Assembly: GCA_963755715.1 (NCBI GenBank)
Contig: CAVWLW010000051.1
Coordinates: 56,240 to 120,239 of the forward strand
Reading direction: 5' to 3'
Length of the DNA: 64,000 nucleotides
DNA from: an uncultured delta proteobacterium
GTDB taxonomy: Bacteria; Desulfobacterota; Binatia; UBA9968
The notes beneath the pieces were generated by a model, which was not told the DNA's origin, ran no database searches, and saw only the letters and a list, made by a program, of their open reading frames with translations. Both the position numbers and the translations under genes were made by a program. Shown here piece by piece: positions 41,834-53,268 of the stretch. Position 1 is the stretch's first letter; each line of letters starts with the position of its first letter.

Positions 41834-42223
41834 ATGATGGCGCCGGTTTACATCGTGCTCTGCGTGGTTTTATTGCTCATGACCTTGGGCCGCGTCGTGT
41901 TTCGCGCCGCGCCGAAGGGCATCGATTGGGCGCTCGAGGTCGCGTTTATTCGCCTCGATTTTCCGCCGGCGCAGCGGCTGGTAGCGCAACAACTGGCCGC
42001 CGGCCTGGCTGAAATCGTCGGCATGAAGATCAAGCAACTGAGGCCCGAGCATAACTTGAGCCAGATCGCCGAGTGGACCGACAATCATATTTACGCCAAG
42101 GATTTGATTACTCTCTTCGTGGTTGCATTCAGCGTGCGCTGCGATCCCGATACGACTTTTCGCGATTTAGTAGAAAAGGTTGCGGAAAAAAAACCGAACA
42201 CCACGGCGCGTGCGTGGCGCTGA
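41834..42223 (+). CDS. Hypothetical protein, N-terminal TM plus ACP-like helical domain
   Basis: Hydrophobic N-terminus; LAEIVGMKIKQLRPEHNL...TTFRDLVEKV. Confidence 0.55.
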   Translation: MMAPVYIVLCVVLLLMTLGRVVFRAAPKGIDWALEVAFIRLDFPPAQRLVAQQLAAGLAEIVGMKIKQLRPEHNLSQIAEWTDNHIYAKDLITLFVVAFSVRCDPDTTFRDLVEKVAEKKPNTTARAWR

Positions 42224-42266
42224 GCGATAGCGGCGCCTAAAAGATTGTCGGCGAGGAGGTTCAACC

Positions 42267-44288
42267 GTGAAGATGAGAAAATCAGCGGGGCTCGCGGCCG
42301 CAGCGGCGAGCGCGGCATGGTTACTTTGTGCAGCGGCGCAAGCCGGGCAGGCATCGCGTTTTCACCTCGAAGAAGCGACCATCGCCGACGTCCATCGCGC
42401 GATCCGCGCCAAGCAGCTCACCGCGACACAGTTGGTGCAGCACTATTTCAAGCGCATCGAAGCGTACAACGGAACCTGCGTCAAAGGCGGCATCGATGCG
42501 GCGACCGGATTGCAGTTGGGCGAGATCACGCCGGTCGAAAATGCCGGACAGTTAAACGCCTACATGACTCTGAACGTTCGCGGTAAACGCTCGAAGACCG
42601 ATACGGCCGATAATGATCCTAAACTTCCCGATGCCTTGGAAGTTGCCCGGGCGCAGGATGCGTATTTTGCGCGCACGGGAAAATTCGTCGGTCCGCTGCA
42701 CGGGATTCCCGTCGCGATCAAAGATAACTACGACACCGTGGATCAGCGCACGACCGCGGGCGCGGCGGCGGATTACGCCAACGACAAACCGCCGATGGAT
42801 GCAACGATGGTGGCAAAGTTGCGCGCCGCGGGCGCGATTATTCTCGGCAAAACCAATCTCGACGAGTACGCACCGGCGGGAATCGCTCGCAGCGGTTTAG
42901 GCGGGCAAACTTGCAATCCATACGACACTAAGCGCATTCCCGGCGGCTCGAGCGCCGGCTCCGGCGCGGCCGTGGCGGCCAACCTGGCAATCTGCGCCCT
43001 TGGCACCGACACGTCCGGTTCGGTGCGCAATCCCGCGGCGGTCAATAGCCTTGTCGGCATGCTCGCGACCCAAGGCGGGGTGAGCCGCGCCGGCATTGTG
43101 CCGCTGTCGTTCAGCCGCGATCGCGGCGGGCCGCTTTGCCGCACCGTCGAAGATACGGCGGTCATGCTGGAAGTCGTGACGGGATACGATCCGAGGGATC
43201 ACATCACTTCGGTGACGTACGGCAAGAAGCCGATCGCTTACCGCAATTACGCCAACAAAAAATCCCTGGCGGGCAAACGATTGGGAGTAGTGCGTGAGTT
43301 CATGGTCGAAGCGACTCTAGCCGATCGCGATAGCATCCGCGTCGCCAACGAGGCGATCGCCGAAATGAAGAAGCTTGGCGCGACGATCGTCGATCCGGTC
43401 AATGTTCAAGCCGTCATCGCCGATCTGGTCCCTTATCTCGAGCCGAGTATTTTGACCCAGAGTTTCCCATCGAGCACGCCGAGCGGCGCCAAGCCGATCG
43501 ATCAGGCCGTCCTGATCGCCGCCGACCCGAAGCTGCTCCCCGGCGGTCCGCGCGGTGTTAACCTGCGCATGCTCGCAGCGCAGCGACGCGGCGAAGAAGC
43601 CCGCTACGCGCTCAATCGTTATTTGCGCGAGCGCGGCGATGCCAAATTTAAAACCGTCGAGGACCTGTTTGCAACGCCGACGTTTCTCGGCGACAGCGAA
43701 ATTCTCAAAGCCGCCTTCGGCGAGACGGCCAAGACCATAGATACGCCGGCGCATACGAACCACACGCTGCGCATCCAGACGCTGCAAAAAATTCTTTACA
43801 AAGTGATGGCGGACAATAAGCTCGACGCGCTGGTCTATGTCTATTCGACGATCCCGCCGAATATTATTTTGGCGAGCCGCCAGGCCGCCACTTACAATGC
43901 CGGTACCGAACCACGATTGCTCAAGGCGGGCACGGAACTTTCGGATCCGAATTTTCTTCCCGGCGAGCAGATTCTCAAGACAGACTTGGATCTTTATCGC
44001 GGCGCGGGCGGCAGCTGGGCGGTGAATTTAAGTCCGGTGAGCGGCTTCCCCGCGATCGTCGTGCCGGCTGGGTTTACCAAAGAAGTTTACGACCGCGTGC
44101 CCGATGCCAAGGATCCTAACGGCAGCACGTTGGTGGGACCGAAGCCGGACCAGCTCCCGGTGGCGATGGAATTTCTCGGCCGGCCGTTCGAAGAAGCGAC
44201 GCTGTTCGAGATCGCTTCGGCTTACGAAGCCGGCACCAAACATCGGCGCGCGCCAAAAGGCTTCGGACCTCTAAAGGGCGAGCCGTGA
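42267..44288 (+). CDS. Secreted amidase-signature family enzyme
   Basis: GPLHGIPVAIKDN, GKTNLDE, GGSSAGSG, GTDTSGSVRNPA; signal peptide. Confidence 0.93.
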   Translation: MKMRKSAGLAAAAASAAWLLCAAAQAGQASRFHLEEATIADVHRAIRAKQLTATQLVQHYFKRIEAYNGTCVKGGIDAATGLQLGEITPVENAGQLNAYMTLNVRGKRSKTDTADNDPKLPDALEVARAQDAYFARTGKFVGPLHGIPVAIKDNYDTVDQRTTAGAAADYANDKPPMDATMVAKLRAAGAIILGKTNLDEYAPAGIARSGLGGQTCNPYDTKRIPGGSSAGSGAAVAANLAICALGTDTSGSVRNPAAVNSLVGMLATQGGVSRAGIVPLSFSRDRGGPLCRTVEDTAVMLEVVTGYDPRDHITSVTYGKKPIAYRNYANKKSLAGKRLGVVREFMVEATLADRDSIRVANEAIAEMKKLGATIVDPVNVQAVIADLVPYLEPSILTQSFPSSTPSGAKPIDQAVLIAADPKLLPGGPRGVNLRMLAAQRRGEEARYALNRYLRERGDAKFKTVEDLFATPTFLGDSEILKAAFGETAKTIDTPAHTNHTLRIQTLQKILYKVMADNKLDALVYVYSTIPPNIILASRQAATYNAGTEPRLLKAGTELSDPNFLPGEQILKTDLDLYRGAGGSWAVNLSPVSGFPAIVVPAGFTKEVYDRVPDAKDPNGSTLVGPKPDQLPVAMEFLGRPFEEATLFEIASAYEAGTKHRRAPKGFGPLKGEP

Positions 44289-44298
44289 GCGCGCTTGC

Positions 44299-44385
44299 GG
44301 TTGTCAGCGGTCAGTGCCAGTTGTCAGTAAGAACAATTCGGGGTTAAATGATCGCTGACGAATGACCACTGGCTACTCGCAACTT
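44299..44385. repeat. Second copy of the CAGTTGTCAGT palindromic element
   Basis: GGTTGTCAGCGGTCAGTGCCAGTTGTCAGT ... GCTGACGAATGACCACTGGCTAC; shares CCAGTTGTCAGT with the 13470 element. Confidence 0.5.
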
Positions 44386-44387
44386 TC

Positions 44388-45060
44388 ATGATCAAAGCGC
44401 TCATCTTCGATTTCGACGGTCTGATCATCGACAGCGAAAGTCCCGAGTTTCAAGTTTGGCAGGAAGTCTTTGCCGAACACGGACGGGAACTCGGCTTCGA
44501 TTTGTGGGCCGACTTGATCGGGCGGCCGCGCACCCATTTCGACGTCTACGCTTACTTCTGCGAGAACATCAATCCTGCCGCCGATATCGAGCAGCTACGA
44601 AAGGATCGGCGCGCCCGGGTGGTCGCGCTGACTCTCGAACAGCCGGTGTTGCCCGGCGTGCACGAGTATTTGCGCGGCGCTGCTGCAGTTGGGTTTAAAG
44701 ATCGGTCTGGCGTCGAGCTCGTCGGGCGGCCACGTACGCGGTCATTTAGAACGTCTGCAACTGCTGCACTATTTCCATTCGACCAAATGTTTCGAGGATA
44801 CCGAGCTGCACAAGCCCGATCCGACTCCTTATCTGGCGGTGCTCGATGAGCTTGGCGTAGGCGCCGATGAAGCGATCGCGTTCGAAGACTCGCCCAACGG
44901 CGTGACTGCGGCAAAAGCGGCTGGCATTTTTTGCGTCGCCGTACCCAATCCGATCACTTGCCAGTTGCCGCTCGAACACGCCGACTACCGCATGGCGTCG
45001 ATGGCCCATGAGCCGCTGGAAGAAATTCTTCGGCGCGCCGGCGCCAAGATAGAACCGTGA
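44388..45060 (+). CDS. HAD family hydrolase (beta-PGM/CbbY-like), frameshift near 44690
   Basis: FDFDGLIIDSE, LASSS, KPDP, FEDSPNG. Confidence 0.88.
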
Positions 45061-45127
45061 AGGCGGGACAAGCTGGGCGACCTTGCGTGGCTGAAGCGGT
45101 TGCGCCAATGTTGGGTGAGGTAAAATA

Positions 45128-46126
45128 ATGCGCACGGTCAAACTCTGCATGTCGATGGTTTTCCTGATGGTTCTTGCGGCCGGCGCGCCGCAGTTGCACG
45201 CCCAGCCTCTGGAAAAACTTCGTCTGGTCTATAGCGCGATCGCCGGCTCGCAGGCGTCGTTTTGGATTCCCTACGAAGCGGGGATTTTCCGCAAGCATGG
45301 TCTGGATGTCGAGCTTCTCTACGTGAGCGGCGGCGGACGGGCGGCTCAGGTCGTGCAATCGGGCGAGGTGCCGATCGGTACGTTCACCGGCGGCGCGGTC
45401 GTCAACGCGAATCTGGCCGGCGGCGACTTGGTGATCATCGCCAGCTCGCTAAACGTTTTTACTTTCGTCGTGATGGCGAAGCCGGAAATCCGCCGTGTCG
45501 AAGATTTGAAGGGAAAAAAGATCGGCATCTCGCGCTTCGGCTCGGCGACAGATTTCGGTTTGCGCTTTGTCGAAGCCCAGTGGCCGATCAAACGCCAACG
45601 CGATTTTGCCGTGATCCAAATGGGCGGGGTGACCGACATCTTGGCAGCGCTCAAAACCGGCGCGGTGGATGCCGGCGTGATCAACGCCGAGCTCGCGATT
45701 CTCGCGCGCCGAGATGGTTTTAGAGAAGTGGCGGACATCTCGAAGATGGGGCTGAGTTTTCCCACCTCGTCGATCGTCACCACGCGTTCTTACATCAAGC
45801 GCAACGAAAACACCGTGCGAAAATTCGTCCGCGCTTATGCCGACGGCGTTCATTATGGCAAGACGCAGCGCACGCTCAGTGTTCAGGTGATGAGCAAGTA
45901 TATGCGCAATAACGATCTCGCCCTGGTCAACGATCTGTACGATTTATATATTATCCAGCACATCGCGAGAATCCCGCGGCCAGCGCCGGAGCCGGTCAAA
46001 ACCATCCTCGATCAGATGGCCGAAACCGACCCGCGCGTCGCCAATCTAAAGCCGGAGCAATTCATCGATGCGCGATTTTTTCAGGAACTGGATAAAGAAG
46101 GGTTTTTTCAAAAATTGTGGAAGTGA
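45128..46126 (+). CDS. ABC substrate-binding protein, NMT1/SsuA family
   Basis: Signal peptide; GIFRKHGLDVEL, DLKGKKIGISRFGS. Confidence 0.9.
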   Translation: MRTVKLCMSMVFLMVLAAGAPQLHAQPLEKLRLVYSAIAGSQASFWIPYEAGIFRKHGLDVELLYVSGGGRAAQVVQSGEVPIGTFTGGAVVNANLAGGDLVIIASSLNVFTFVVMAKPEIRRVEDLKGKKIGISRFGSATDFGLRFVEAQWPIKRQRDFAVIQMGGVTDILAALKTGAVDAGVINAELAILARRDGFREVADISKMGLSFPTSSIVTTRSYIKRNENTVRKFVRAYADGVHYGKTQRTLSVQVMSKYMRNNDLALVNDLYDLYIIQHIARIPRPAPEPVKTILDQMAETDPRVANLKPEQFIDARFFQELDKEGFFQKLWK

Positions 46127-46162
46127 GCTAGAAAGAAAAATCGCTTCGCCTCGATTCCTCCT

Positions 46163-46849
46163 ATGCGCCTGGTGATATTTGACGTAGACGGCACGCTAAC
46201 GGATACCATGGCCGTCGACGCGTACTGTTTCCTGCGCGCATTTACCGAGGTTTGCGGTTTTTCGGACGTCGAGTCGGATTGGTCAAGTTATAGCAACGCC
46301 ACCGACGCCGGGATTTTCCATGAGGTGTTTGAGTTGCGTCTCGGCCGCCCTCCATCGCCCACCGAGTTGGCACACTTTCGTGAGCATCTTGTTGCGCTGT
46401 TTCGCGCGGCGGCGGCGACCCGACCTTTTGACCCGGTGCGCGGCGCACCGGAATTACTCGCTCGTCTGAAGCAGGAAAATGACTACAGCGTTGCTCTAGC
46501 CACAGGCTGCTGGGCCGATTCGGCGCGCGTTAAGATGTCGAGCGCCGGCATGTGCTACGATGACTATCCATCGGCTTCCGCCGATGAAGCGCCGGAGCGA
46601 GACTCGATCCTCAAGCTGGCGCTTGCGAGGGCGGCTGGTTCGAGTAGTCAAAAGCTTTCCGGGGTGATCTACGTCGGTGACGGTGTGTGGGACATCCGCG
46701 CCTGCGGCAAAGCCGGTATTCCTTTCCTGGGTATCGCTGCCGGCGTGCAGAAAGAGAAGCTCATCGCTGCTGGTGCTACGCACGTGCTGCCCGATTTTTT
46801 CGACCAAGATCAATTTTTCGCCAGTATCGAAAGCATCCTGGCAATCTGA
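46163..46849 (+). CDS. HAD family hydrolase
   Basis: FDVDGTL, ATG, YVGDGVWD. Confidence 0.9.
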   Translation: MRLVIFDVDGTLTDTMAVDAYCFLRAFTEVCGFSDVESDWSSYSNATDAGIFHEVFELRLGRPPSPTELAHFREHLVALFRAAAATRPFDPVRGAPELLARLKQENDYSVALATGCWADSARVKMSSAGMCYDDYPSASADEAPERDSILKLALARAAGSSSQKLSGVIYVGDGVWDIRACGKAGIPFLGIAAGVQKEKLIAAGATHVLPDFFDQDQFFASIESILAI

Positions 46850-46974
46850 AGAAATTTTTGTTCACGGCTATTCGATATAGTGTAACAACAGCGATGAATA
46901 CCGATCCCGAACGAGCGTCATGGGCAGCTGGATTTTATTAATACAGCAAAACTTGGCCGACGGCACAGCATTAC

Positions 46975-47575
46975 ATGAATAGAAATCATCCTGAACGGAA
47001 AATCTGCGTATTCACTGGTTCCAGACATGGAGCTTCTTCGGCATATGCCGATGCGGCCGAGCAGCTTGCGCGTGATCTAGTGGAGCGCGGCTTCGGCCTG
47101 GTTTACGGCGGTGGCAACGTCGGCTTGATGAACATTATCGCGGACGCCGTGCTCGAGCTCGGTGGTCACGTGACGGGAGTGATACCTAATGCGCTGATGA
47201 GCAAGGAAGTCGCGCACCGCGGCTTATCGGAATTGCGCGTAGTCAACTCCATGCACGAGCGCAAGGCGCTCATGGCCGAGCTGTCGGATGGCTTCATCGC
47301 TTTGCCCGGCGGGATCGGCACCATGGAAGAGTTTTTCGAAGTGCTCAGCTGGGCTCAGCTTGGCATTCACAACAAACCCTGCGGCCTGTTGAACGTGTCG
47401 GGATATTACGATCCTTTGATTGAATTTCTCGATCACGCGGTGTCGCAGGATTTCGTTAAAACCGAAGCATCGCGCCTTGCTGATCGTGGAACACGAGCCG
47501 ATGACACTGCTCGATCGGTTCGCTAAAATCCTCGCCGCGCCGCCGGTAAAGAAATTCGATCCGTCGATAACTTAA
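46975..47575 (+). CDS. LOG family (TIGR00730) nucleotide phosphoribohydrolase, frameshift near 47460
   Basis: VYGGGNVGLM, MHERKALM, PGGIGTMEE. Confidence 0.92.
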
Positions 47576-47689
47576 AATTCTAAAGTGGATTGACTCGGCG
47601 AATGCGATTGCGCTAGAGGTCGAGGTGACAAGAAGCGTTTTCGGCTCACTGGCTTCGAGCGCAAGCTAAAAACAGCAAATGGAGGACCT

Positions 47690-48711
47690 ATGGTTCACCG
47701 CTTTTGCTTGACGGTATTATGCGGTTTGCTCGCTCTCTTCATGCTGCTCAAAGAGTCGCCGGCCCAGACTCATTCGCTCCCGGCGGCAGCGCTCGAGGCC
47801 GCCAAAAAAGAAGGCCAAGTGGTTTTCTATACGCCGCTCAATATTAACGACTCGCGCTTGTTGTTGCAGCGCTTCGAGCAGCGATATCCTTTCATCAAAA
47901 CCGACCTTTTGCGCATGAGCGCCGAGCCGCTGCTCAATCGGATCTTTATCGAAGATCGGGCGGGGCGAAACGTCGTCGACGTGATCAACAACACGATGAT
48001 CAATCCACTGAAGAAAGCCCGATTGTTGCAGCCGTATCGATCGCCGGAGCACGCGGCGTATTTGGATCCTTTCAAAGATCCCGAGGGCTACTGGGCGAGC
48101 GTGAACAATAACTATTACGTCCTCGGCTACAACAGCCGGCTGGTAAGCGCGAAAGAGGCGCCCGCCGACTGGCAGGATCTGCTGAACCCCAAGTGGAAGG
48201 GCAAGATCGGCATGGATCAGGAAGAATACGAATGGTTCGGCGCAACTCTGGATGATCTGGGGACGGGAGCGGGCGCTCAAATATCATCGCGCCCTTGCGC
48301 AGCAGGAAGTTCAATGGCGCAAGGGCCATACCTTGATCTCGCAGCTGATCGCGGCGGGCGAATTTCCCGATCGGCATCGTTTACGCGCATCGGATCGAGT
48401 CGATGAAGAAGGCGGGCGCGCCGGTCGAATGGGCCAAGACCAGCAATCCGATTTTCGTCGCGCTCTCGCCGACCGGTCTTGCCGCGAAGGCGCCTCATCC
48501 CAATGCGGGAAAGCTGTTGCTCGATTTCATGCTTTCCTACGAATCGCAGCAGCAGTTGCGCAGTGCCAATCGTTTGTCGGGCCGGCTCGATATCGAGCCT
48601 TTGGTGCCCGAGATGCACCATAGTAAACTGAAGCTTGCCGCCATCGATCCCAAGGTCTCCGACGACATCAACCGCCACGCCAAGGAGTTCCGCGAGATCT
48701 ATTTTCGTTGA
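47690..48711 (+). CDS. Extracellular solute-binding protein (Fe3+/thiamine-type), two frameshifts near 48250 and 48365
   Basis: AAKKEGQVVFYT, YNSRLV, WQDLLNPKWKGK, APHPNAGKLLLDF. Confidence 0.85.
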
Positions 48712-48859
48712 CGCGCGAATGAGAGAAACCGCCTGCGCGTCGACGCTGACGTTGTCATAGGATTTTTGCCGACTCGTTTTTGGTAAATTCGTTACCTATC
48801 GAGGCGGCATCTCTGCTATTCAAGAAAGAAATTTTCTACCGGGAGCGCGGTGAATAGTT

Positions 48860-49373
48860 ATGGATTCGAAGAATAGCAGCCCCAACGTTTTAACGACCGA
48901 CGAAACCAAGATCCTGGCGGCAATCGCGGATCGAATCTTTCCCAAAACGGACACGCCAGGCGCCGTGGAAATCGGCGCAGTGCATTACATCGAAATCGCT
49001 CTTGCCGGCGATTACGCGCCACTCGTGCCGCTCTATCGACAGGGGCTACGGATGGTGAACCGATTTGCCCAAGAAAAATTCGGCCGAGTCTTTTGCCTAG
49101 CTCACCGAAGCGCAAAAGGACGCGGTGCTGATCGACTTCGAGGCGGGCGCGGTGGCCGGATTCAAACAGGCCGCGGAGTTTTTTGAGACCGTTCGCTATC
49201 ACGTATTGGAAGGCGTGTTTTGCGAGCCGCAATACGGCGGCAATCGCGACATGATCGGTTGGCGCTTGGTGAATTTTCCCGGCCAGCAATTCGGCTATGC
49301 CGATGCCTACGTCAACAAGCCGGTCGATTTGGCGCCCGTGGCTGTGGACTCCTCGAAGGTGGAAGAGAAGTAA
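48860..49373 (+). CDS. Gluconate 2-dehydrogenase subunit 3 family protein, frameshift near 49100
   Basis: AIADRIFP..PGA, EGVFCEPQYGGNRDMIGWRLVNFPG. Confidence 0.88.
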
Positions 49374-49374
49374 C

Positions 49375-51084
49375 GTGGCGGAAACGAGCGCGGATGTTTG
49401 CGACGTTTGTATTGTCGGCGTCGGCGGCATGGGTGGCATCCTGGCGAAGGAGCTTGCCTCCGCCGGATTGAAAGTCGTCGGCTTCGAGCGCGGTCCCGCG
49501 CCGAAAAAAGCGGACTACGCGCCGCGCGATTCGATTCGCTTTCTCATTCGTCCGGAACAACTGGAATGGGTGCGCCACGAACCGACGACGACTCGAAACA
49601 AAACCGGCGAAAAGACTCGTCTGCAATATCGCACCAGCCCGCTCAACGTGCTCGGTGGCGCTTTGCTTCACTGGACCGGCCAATCGTCGCGCTACATGCC
49701 CGGCGACTTCAAGCTTTTTACCAACGAGATCGAAAGCGGCAACGCCGAGCGCGCCCATGCCGATCTGACAGGCTACGACGTTATCGATTGGCCGCTCAGT
49801 TATGACGATCTAGAGCCGTACTACGAGCGCTTCGAGTGGGAATTCGGCATCTCGGGTGAAGCCGGCGCGAATCCTTTCGCCGGGCCGCGCAAGCGCGGCT
49901 TCCCACTGCCGCCGCTGCGCCATAGCGCGCGCATGAAGCTGTTCGCCGAAGCCTGCAAAAAACTCGGTTACCATCCTTACGACACCGCGGCGGGAATTCT
50001 TTCCCAGCCTTATCGTCCACCCGAGCCGTTCGATACGCGCATCGCCGAGCGGCCGGCCTGCGTTTACTGCGCTCACTGCAATTTTTACGGCTGCCATGTG
50101 CACGCCAAGTCCGCAACGCTCTACACGACGATCCCCGTGGCGCTGGAAACCGGCAACTTCGACCTCAGAACCAAATCCAAGGTATTCCGCATCAACAGCA
50201 AGGGTAACGAGCAGGTGACGGGAGTGAGTTATTTCGATCCCGACGGCCGGGCACACGAACTGCGCGCGCGCGTGGTGATCTTGAGCGCGTTTGTCTTCGA
50301 GCATGTGCGCTTGCTGCTGTTGTCAAAGACGACTCGGGGCCGCTTCGCCAAAGGTCTGGCGAACTGCAGCGGTTACGTCGGCCGCAACATCATGGCGCAT
50401 GGCGACGTGCGCGCCGTCGGCGTTTTCGATGACTACATTATTAACGGCTTCATCGGCCCAGGCTCGGCGGCCATGCGCATCGACGACTTCAACGGCAATA
50501 ATTTTGATCACGGCGGGCTGGGATTTATCCGCGGCGGCACGATCGGCACCAGCGGTGACGGCACGCCGGTGACTCGATTGGATGTATTGCCCCCCGATGT
50601 GCGGGCCTGGGGCAAGGAATTCAAGGACTTTTACACGCGCTATTACACGCGAACGATGGATCTCAACATGCAGCCCGAAACACTGCCGCACAAAGAAAAT
50701 CGCATCGACCTCGATCCGCGCCATCGAGATCGTTGGGGTCTGCCGCTGCCACGGGTTACGTTCGAATTTCACGAGAACGAGCGGCGGCTACAGAAATTCA
50801 TGGCTAGTGTCGGCGAGAAGATCATGCGCGCGACTGGCGCGAGCAAGATGTGGACTGAAGAAAAAGGCCGGCCCAATCGCTGGGCCGGCGGCACCCGGAT
50901 GGGTGCCGATCCAAAAAATTCGGTGGTCAATGAGTTTTGCCAGACGCACGATGTTGCCAATCTCTTCATCGTCGGCTCGTCGGTATTTCCGACGATGGCC
51001 GGCTACCCGCCGACGGCAACCGTGGCGGCGCTGAGCTACCGCACGGCGGAATTTATTTTAAGGCAGAAGCAGTGGTTCGCTTAA
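49375..51084 (+). CDS. GMC oxidoreductase (gluconate 2-dehydrogenase flavoprotein-like)
   Basis: VGVGGMG, DWPLSYDDLEPYY, CVYCAHCNFYGC, GGTRMG, PTATVAAL; GTG start 1 nt after subunit 3. Confidence 0.9.
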   Translation: MAETSADVCDVCIVGVGGMGGILAKELASAGLKVVGFERGPAPKKADYAPRDSIRFLIRPEQLEWVRHEPTTTRNKTGEKTRLQYRTSPLNVLGGALLHWTGQSSRYMPGDFKLFTNEIESGNAERAHADLTGYDVIDWPLSYDDLEPYYERFEWEFGISGEAGANPFAGPRKRGFPLPPLRHSARMKLFAEACKKLGYHPYDTAAGILSQPYRPPEPFDTRIAERPACVYCAHCNFYGCHVHAKSATLYTTIPVALETGNFDLRTKSKVFRINSKGNEQVTGVSYFDPDGRAHELRARVVILSAFVFEHVRLLLLSKTTRGRFAKGLANCSGYVGRNIMAHGDVRAVGVFDDYIINGFIGPGSAAMRIDDFNGNNFDHGGLGFIRGGTIGTSGDGTPVTRLDVLPPDVRAWGKEFKDFYTRYYTRTMDLNMQPETLPHKENRIDLDPRHRDRWGLPLPRVTFEFHENERRLQKFMASVGEKIMRATGASKMWTEEKGRPNRWAGGTRMGADPKNSVVNEFCQTHDVANLFIVGSSVFPTMAGYPPTATVAALSYRTAEFILRQKQWFA

Positions 51085-51167
51085 TGTTTGCGAAAATCCT
51101 TGACGGATGGACGCAAAGTTGAGGAAAATTGCCAAACGCGGTGAAAAATCATTAACAAGGAGTAACG

Positions 51168-52190
51168 ATGAAACGAATCGTCATCTGTTTCGACGGGACC
51201 TGGAGCAAACCGGCGGACGAAGCGTTGCCGGCCGACGGCCGGGTGGAAACCAATGTGTGCCGGTTTTACGAATCGATAAAAGATAAAGCGGCGGACGGCA
51301 CCAAGCAGGTGAAATGGTACGACGAAGGCGTTGGCACCCAATGGTACGACCGCTTCATCGGCGGCTCCATCGGCGCCGGCCTCGAGCTCAACATCGTCCA
51401 AGGTTACGAGTATCTCGCTCAGCAATACGAGGCCGGCGACGAAGTCTACGTCCTCGGTTTTAGCCGCGGCGCGTACACGGCGCGCAGCTTGGTTGGGATG
51501 ATTCGTAACTGCGGTTTGATCTACCCGAAACATTTGACACTGCGTGTCGGCATGGCCTACGGCATCTATCGAACCCGCGGCGACAACGTCGATTCATTCA
51601 CGGCAAAGACTTTTCGCGCGGCGTTTTGTCGCGAGATCAAAATCAAGTTCATCGGGGTTTGGGATACCGTCGGCGCGCTTGGCATACCGCTCACTGTTTT
51701 GAAAGACGTCAACATGAAATTCTACGAGTTTCACGATACGAATCTAAGCAATATAGTCGAAAACGCCTATCACGCCCTCGCCATCGACGAGCATCGCCAA
51801 GATTACATGGCCACTCTATGGAATCCGGACACCGCGCCACAGCAGAAGCTCGAGCAGCGCTGGTTTGTCGGCGCCCACTGCGACGTGGGTGGCGGTTATA
51901 AAGACCGGCGTCTTTCCGATATTACGCTCGGTTGGATGCAACAGAAGGCGAGCGCGCTCGGGCTGGCGCTCGACTCCGTGCAAGTGGGGGCGAAAAATTA
52001 TCTGGGCGACTGGACGGACTCTTACGGCAAGTTTCTCGGCGGCCTCTATGCCAAAAAAAATCCGCGTTACTATCGGCCCATCGGCGCCACTAAGTTCGGC
52101 GACGAAATCATCGATGCGTCGGTGCAGCAACGGCGTAAGGAAGAGCGCGCTTACGAGCCGCAAAATAATGGCTTGCCGAAGCTGAGCTGA
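51168..52190 (+). CDS. DUF2235 alpha/beta hydrolase (Tle1-like)
   Basis: CFDGTW, GFSRGAYTARS, GVWDTVGALG, HALAIDEHR, WFVGAHCDVGGG. Confidence 0.92.
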   Translation: MKRIVICFDGTWSKPADEALPADGRVETNVCRFYESIKDKAADGTKQVKWYDEGVGTQWYDRFIGGSIGAGLELNIVQGYEYLAQQYEAGDEVYVLGFSRGAYTARSLVGMIRNCGLIYPKHLTLRVGMAYGIYRTRGDNVDSFTAKTFRAAFCREIKIKFIGVWDTVGALGIPLTVLKDVNMKFYEFHDTNLSNIVENAYHALAIDEHRQDYMATLWNPDTAPQQKLEQRWFVGAHCDVGGGYKDRRLSDITLGWMQQKASALGLALDSVQVGAKNYLGDWTDSYGKFLGGLYAKKNPRYYRPIGATKFGDEIIDASVQQRRKEERAYEPQNNGLPKLS

Positions 52191-52550
52191 TCATGGTGTG
52201 GAGGAATGCAGTTTAGATTGCCCATGGCTCATGAGCCATCTGATGGCATCGACGAGCAACAAGCGATTCGTGTAGCTTTTCGAGGAACGCCTGCCCGCTC
52301 GCTATCATTGCTAGAGATGCCTTGCGTTCGTTGCATACCAGGGCAGACGTTTCGCAATCCGGTAATTGCATCGGTTTGTCCCACTCCTAAGAATCGCACA
52401 TTCGCGGTCGGTCCCAGGGAACCTGTCAGCAGTTCCCTTCACTATTTGACGCCTATGTAGGTTAAATTCTAGCAAGAGCCGCAAATCCGACGGTCGCACT
52501 TCATACCGAAGTCTCTGTCCTACAGAGGTTTTTTCACGCAGAGTTAGAGC

Positions 52551-52566
52551 AGGCATGTTCCTTGCT
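52551..52566 (+). promoter_or_regulatory. Sigma-54-like motif
   Basis: AGGCAT-GTTCC-TTGCT; very close to the next ATG. Confidence 0.4.
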
Positions 52567-52580
52567 CATTTTGCTGCTCT

Positions 52581-52781
52581 ATGGAGTATTGCTGTCAGCA
52601 CTGCAATCGCTTCACAATGGGGAACGCCTATAGAGTCAGGAGCGAGGAATTCGGGCGAGTGATGCTGGACATAATTGTTTGCTATGAGTGTTGCCTTGAC
52701 GCGCGGCTACTTGGCCTTCATACAGACCAAATAAAATTGCGCGGTTCCGCTTGTGAATCTCAGCCCGATGCTACGACCTGA
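52581..52781 (+). CDS. Small Cys-rich (CxxC...CxxC) protein
   Basis: CQHC ... CYEC; no clear RBS. Confidence 0.5.
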   Translation: MEYCCQHCNRFTMGNAYRVRSEEFGRVMLDIIVCYECCLDARLLGLHTDQIKLRGSACESQPDATT

Positions 52782-53268
52782 AGGTCTGATTCCCAAAGAT
52801 CACATCCTTTGTTTGATTGACCACTACGTCGATTTTTTCCTTCATTCGACCAAGGTAGATCCTGCCGGCGAGCCTTACGCGAAGAATCTCGGCGCCGTAC
52901 TACATGCGAATCTATTGAAAGATCGCTCGCAATGTTCGTGATCTTATTGTCCCAAAGTAAGGACGGAGCAGCAAGTCTATTGCGAATGTGGCACGCGATA
53001 CCCGACCATAGGGCTGAAAAATCTAACCAAAATAATTGGTATATCTGTTGCGTCCTGCTGAAGATGTGCCGCCCGGCGAAAACGTTTTTTCGGCGGAATC
53101 AAAAAATCGGGATACGATCGGGAAACTGCCCACGAGTTCGTGAATAGAAAGATCGTCCATGCTCGGCTCCTAGGCGTTAGTTGGACCGACAGTCGCTGGA
53201 AGCTACCGCGTAAGGATGTCGTTGGCTGGGGAGCCAGCAAGATCACTAGATATAGGGAGGATACTGTC

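Noticed and set aside
46975-47575. LOG/SLOG protein as an anti-phage component
   Set aside because: Ordinary TIGR00730 protein in a housekeeping context
51168-52190. T6SS Tle1 effector
   Set aside because: No vgrG, PAAR or immunity lipoprotein nearby; stand-alone DUF2235 proteins are common
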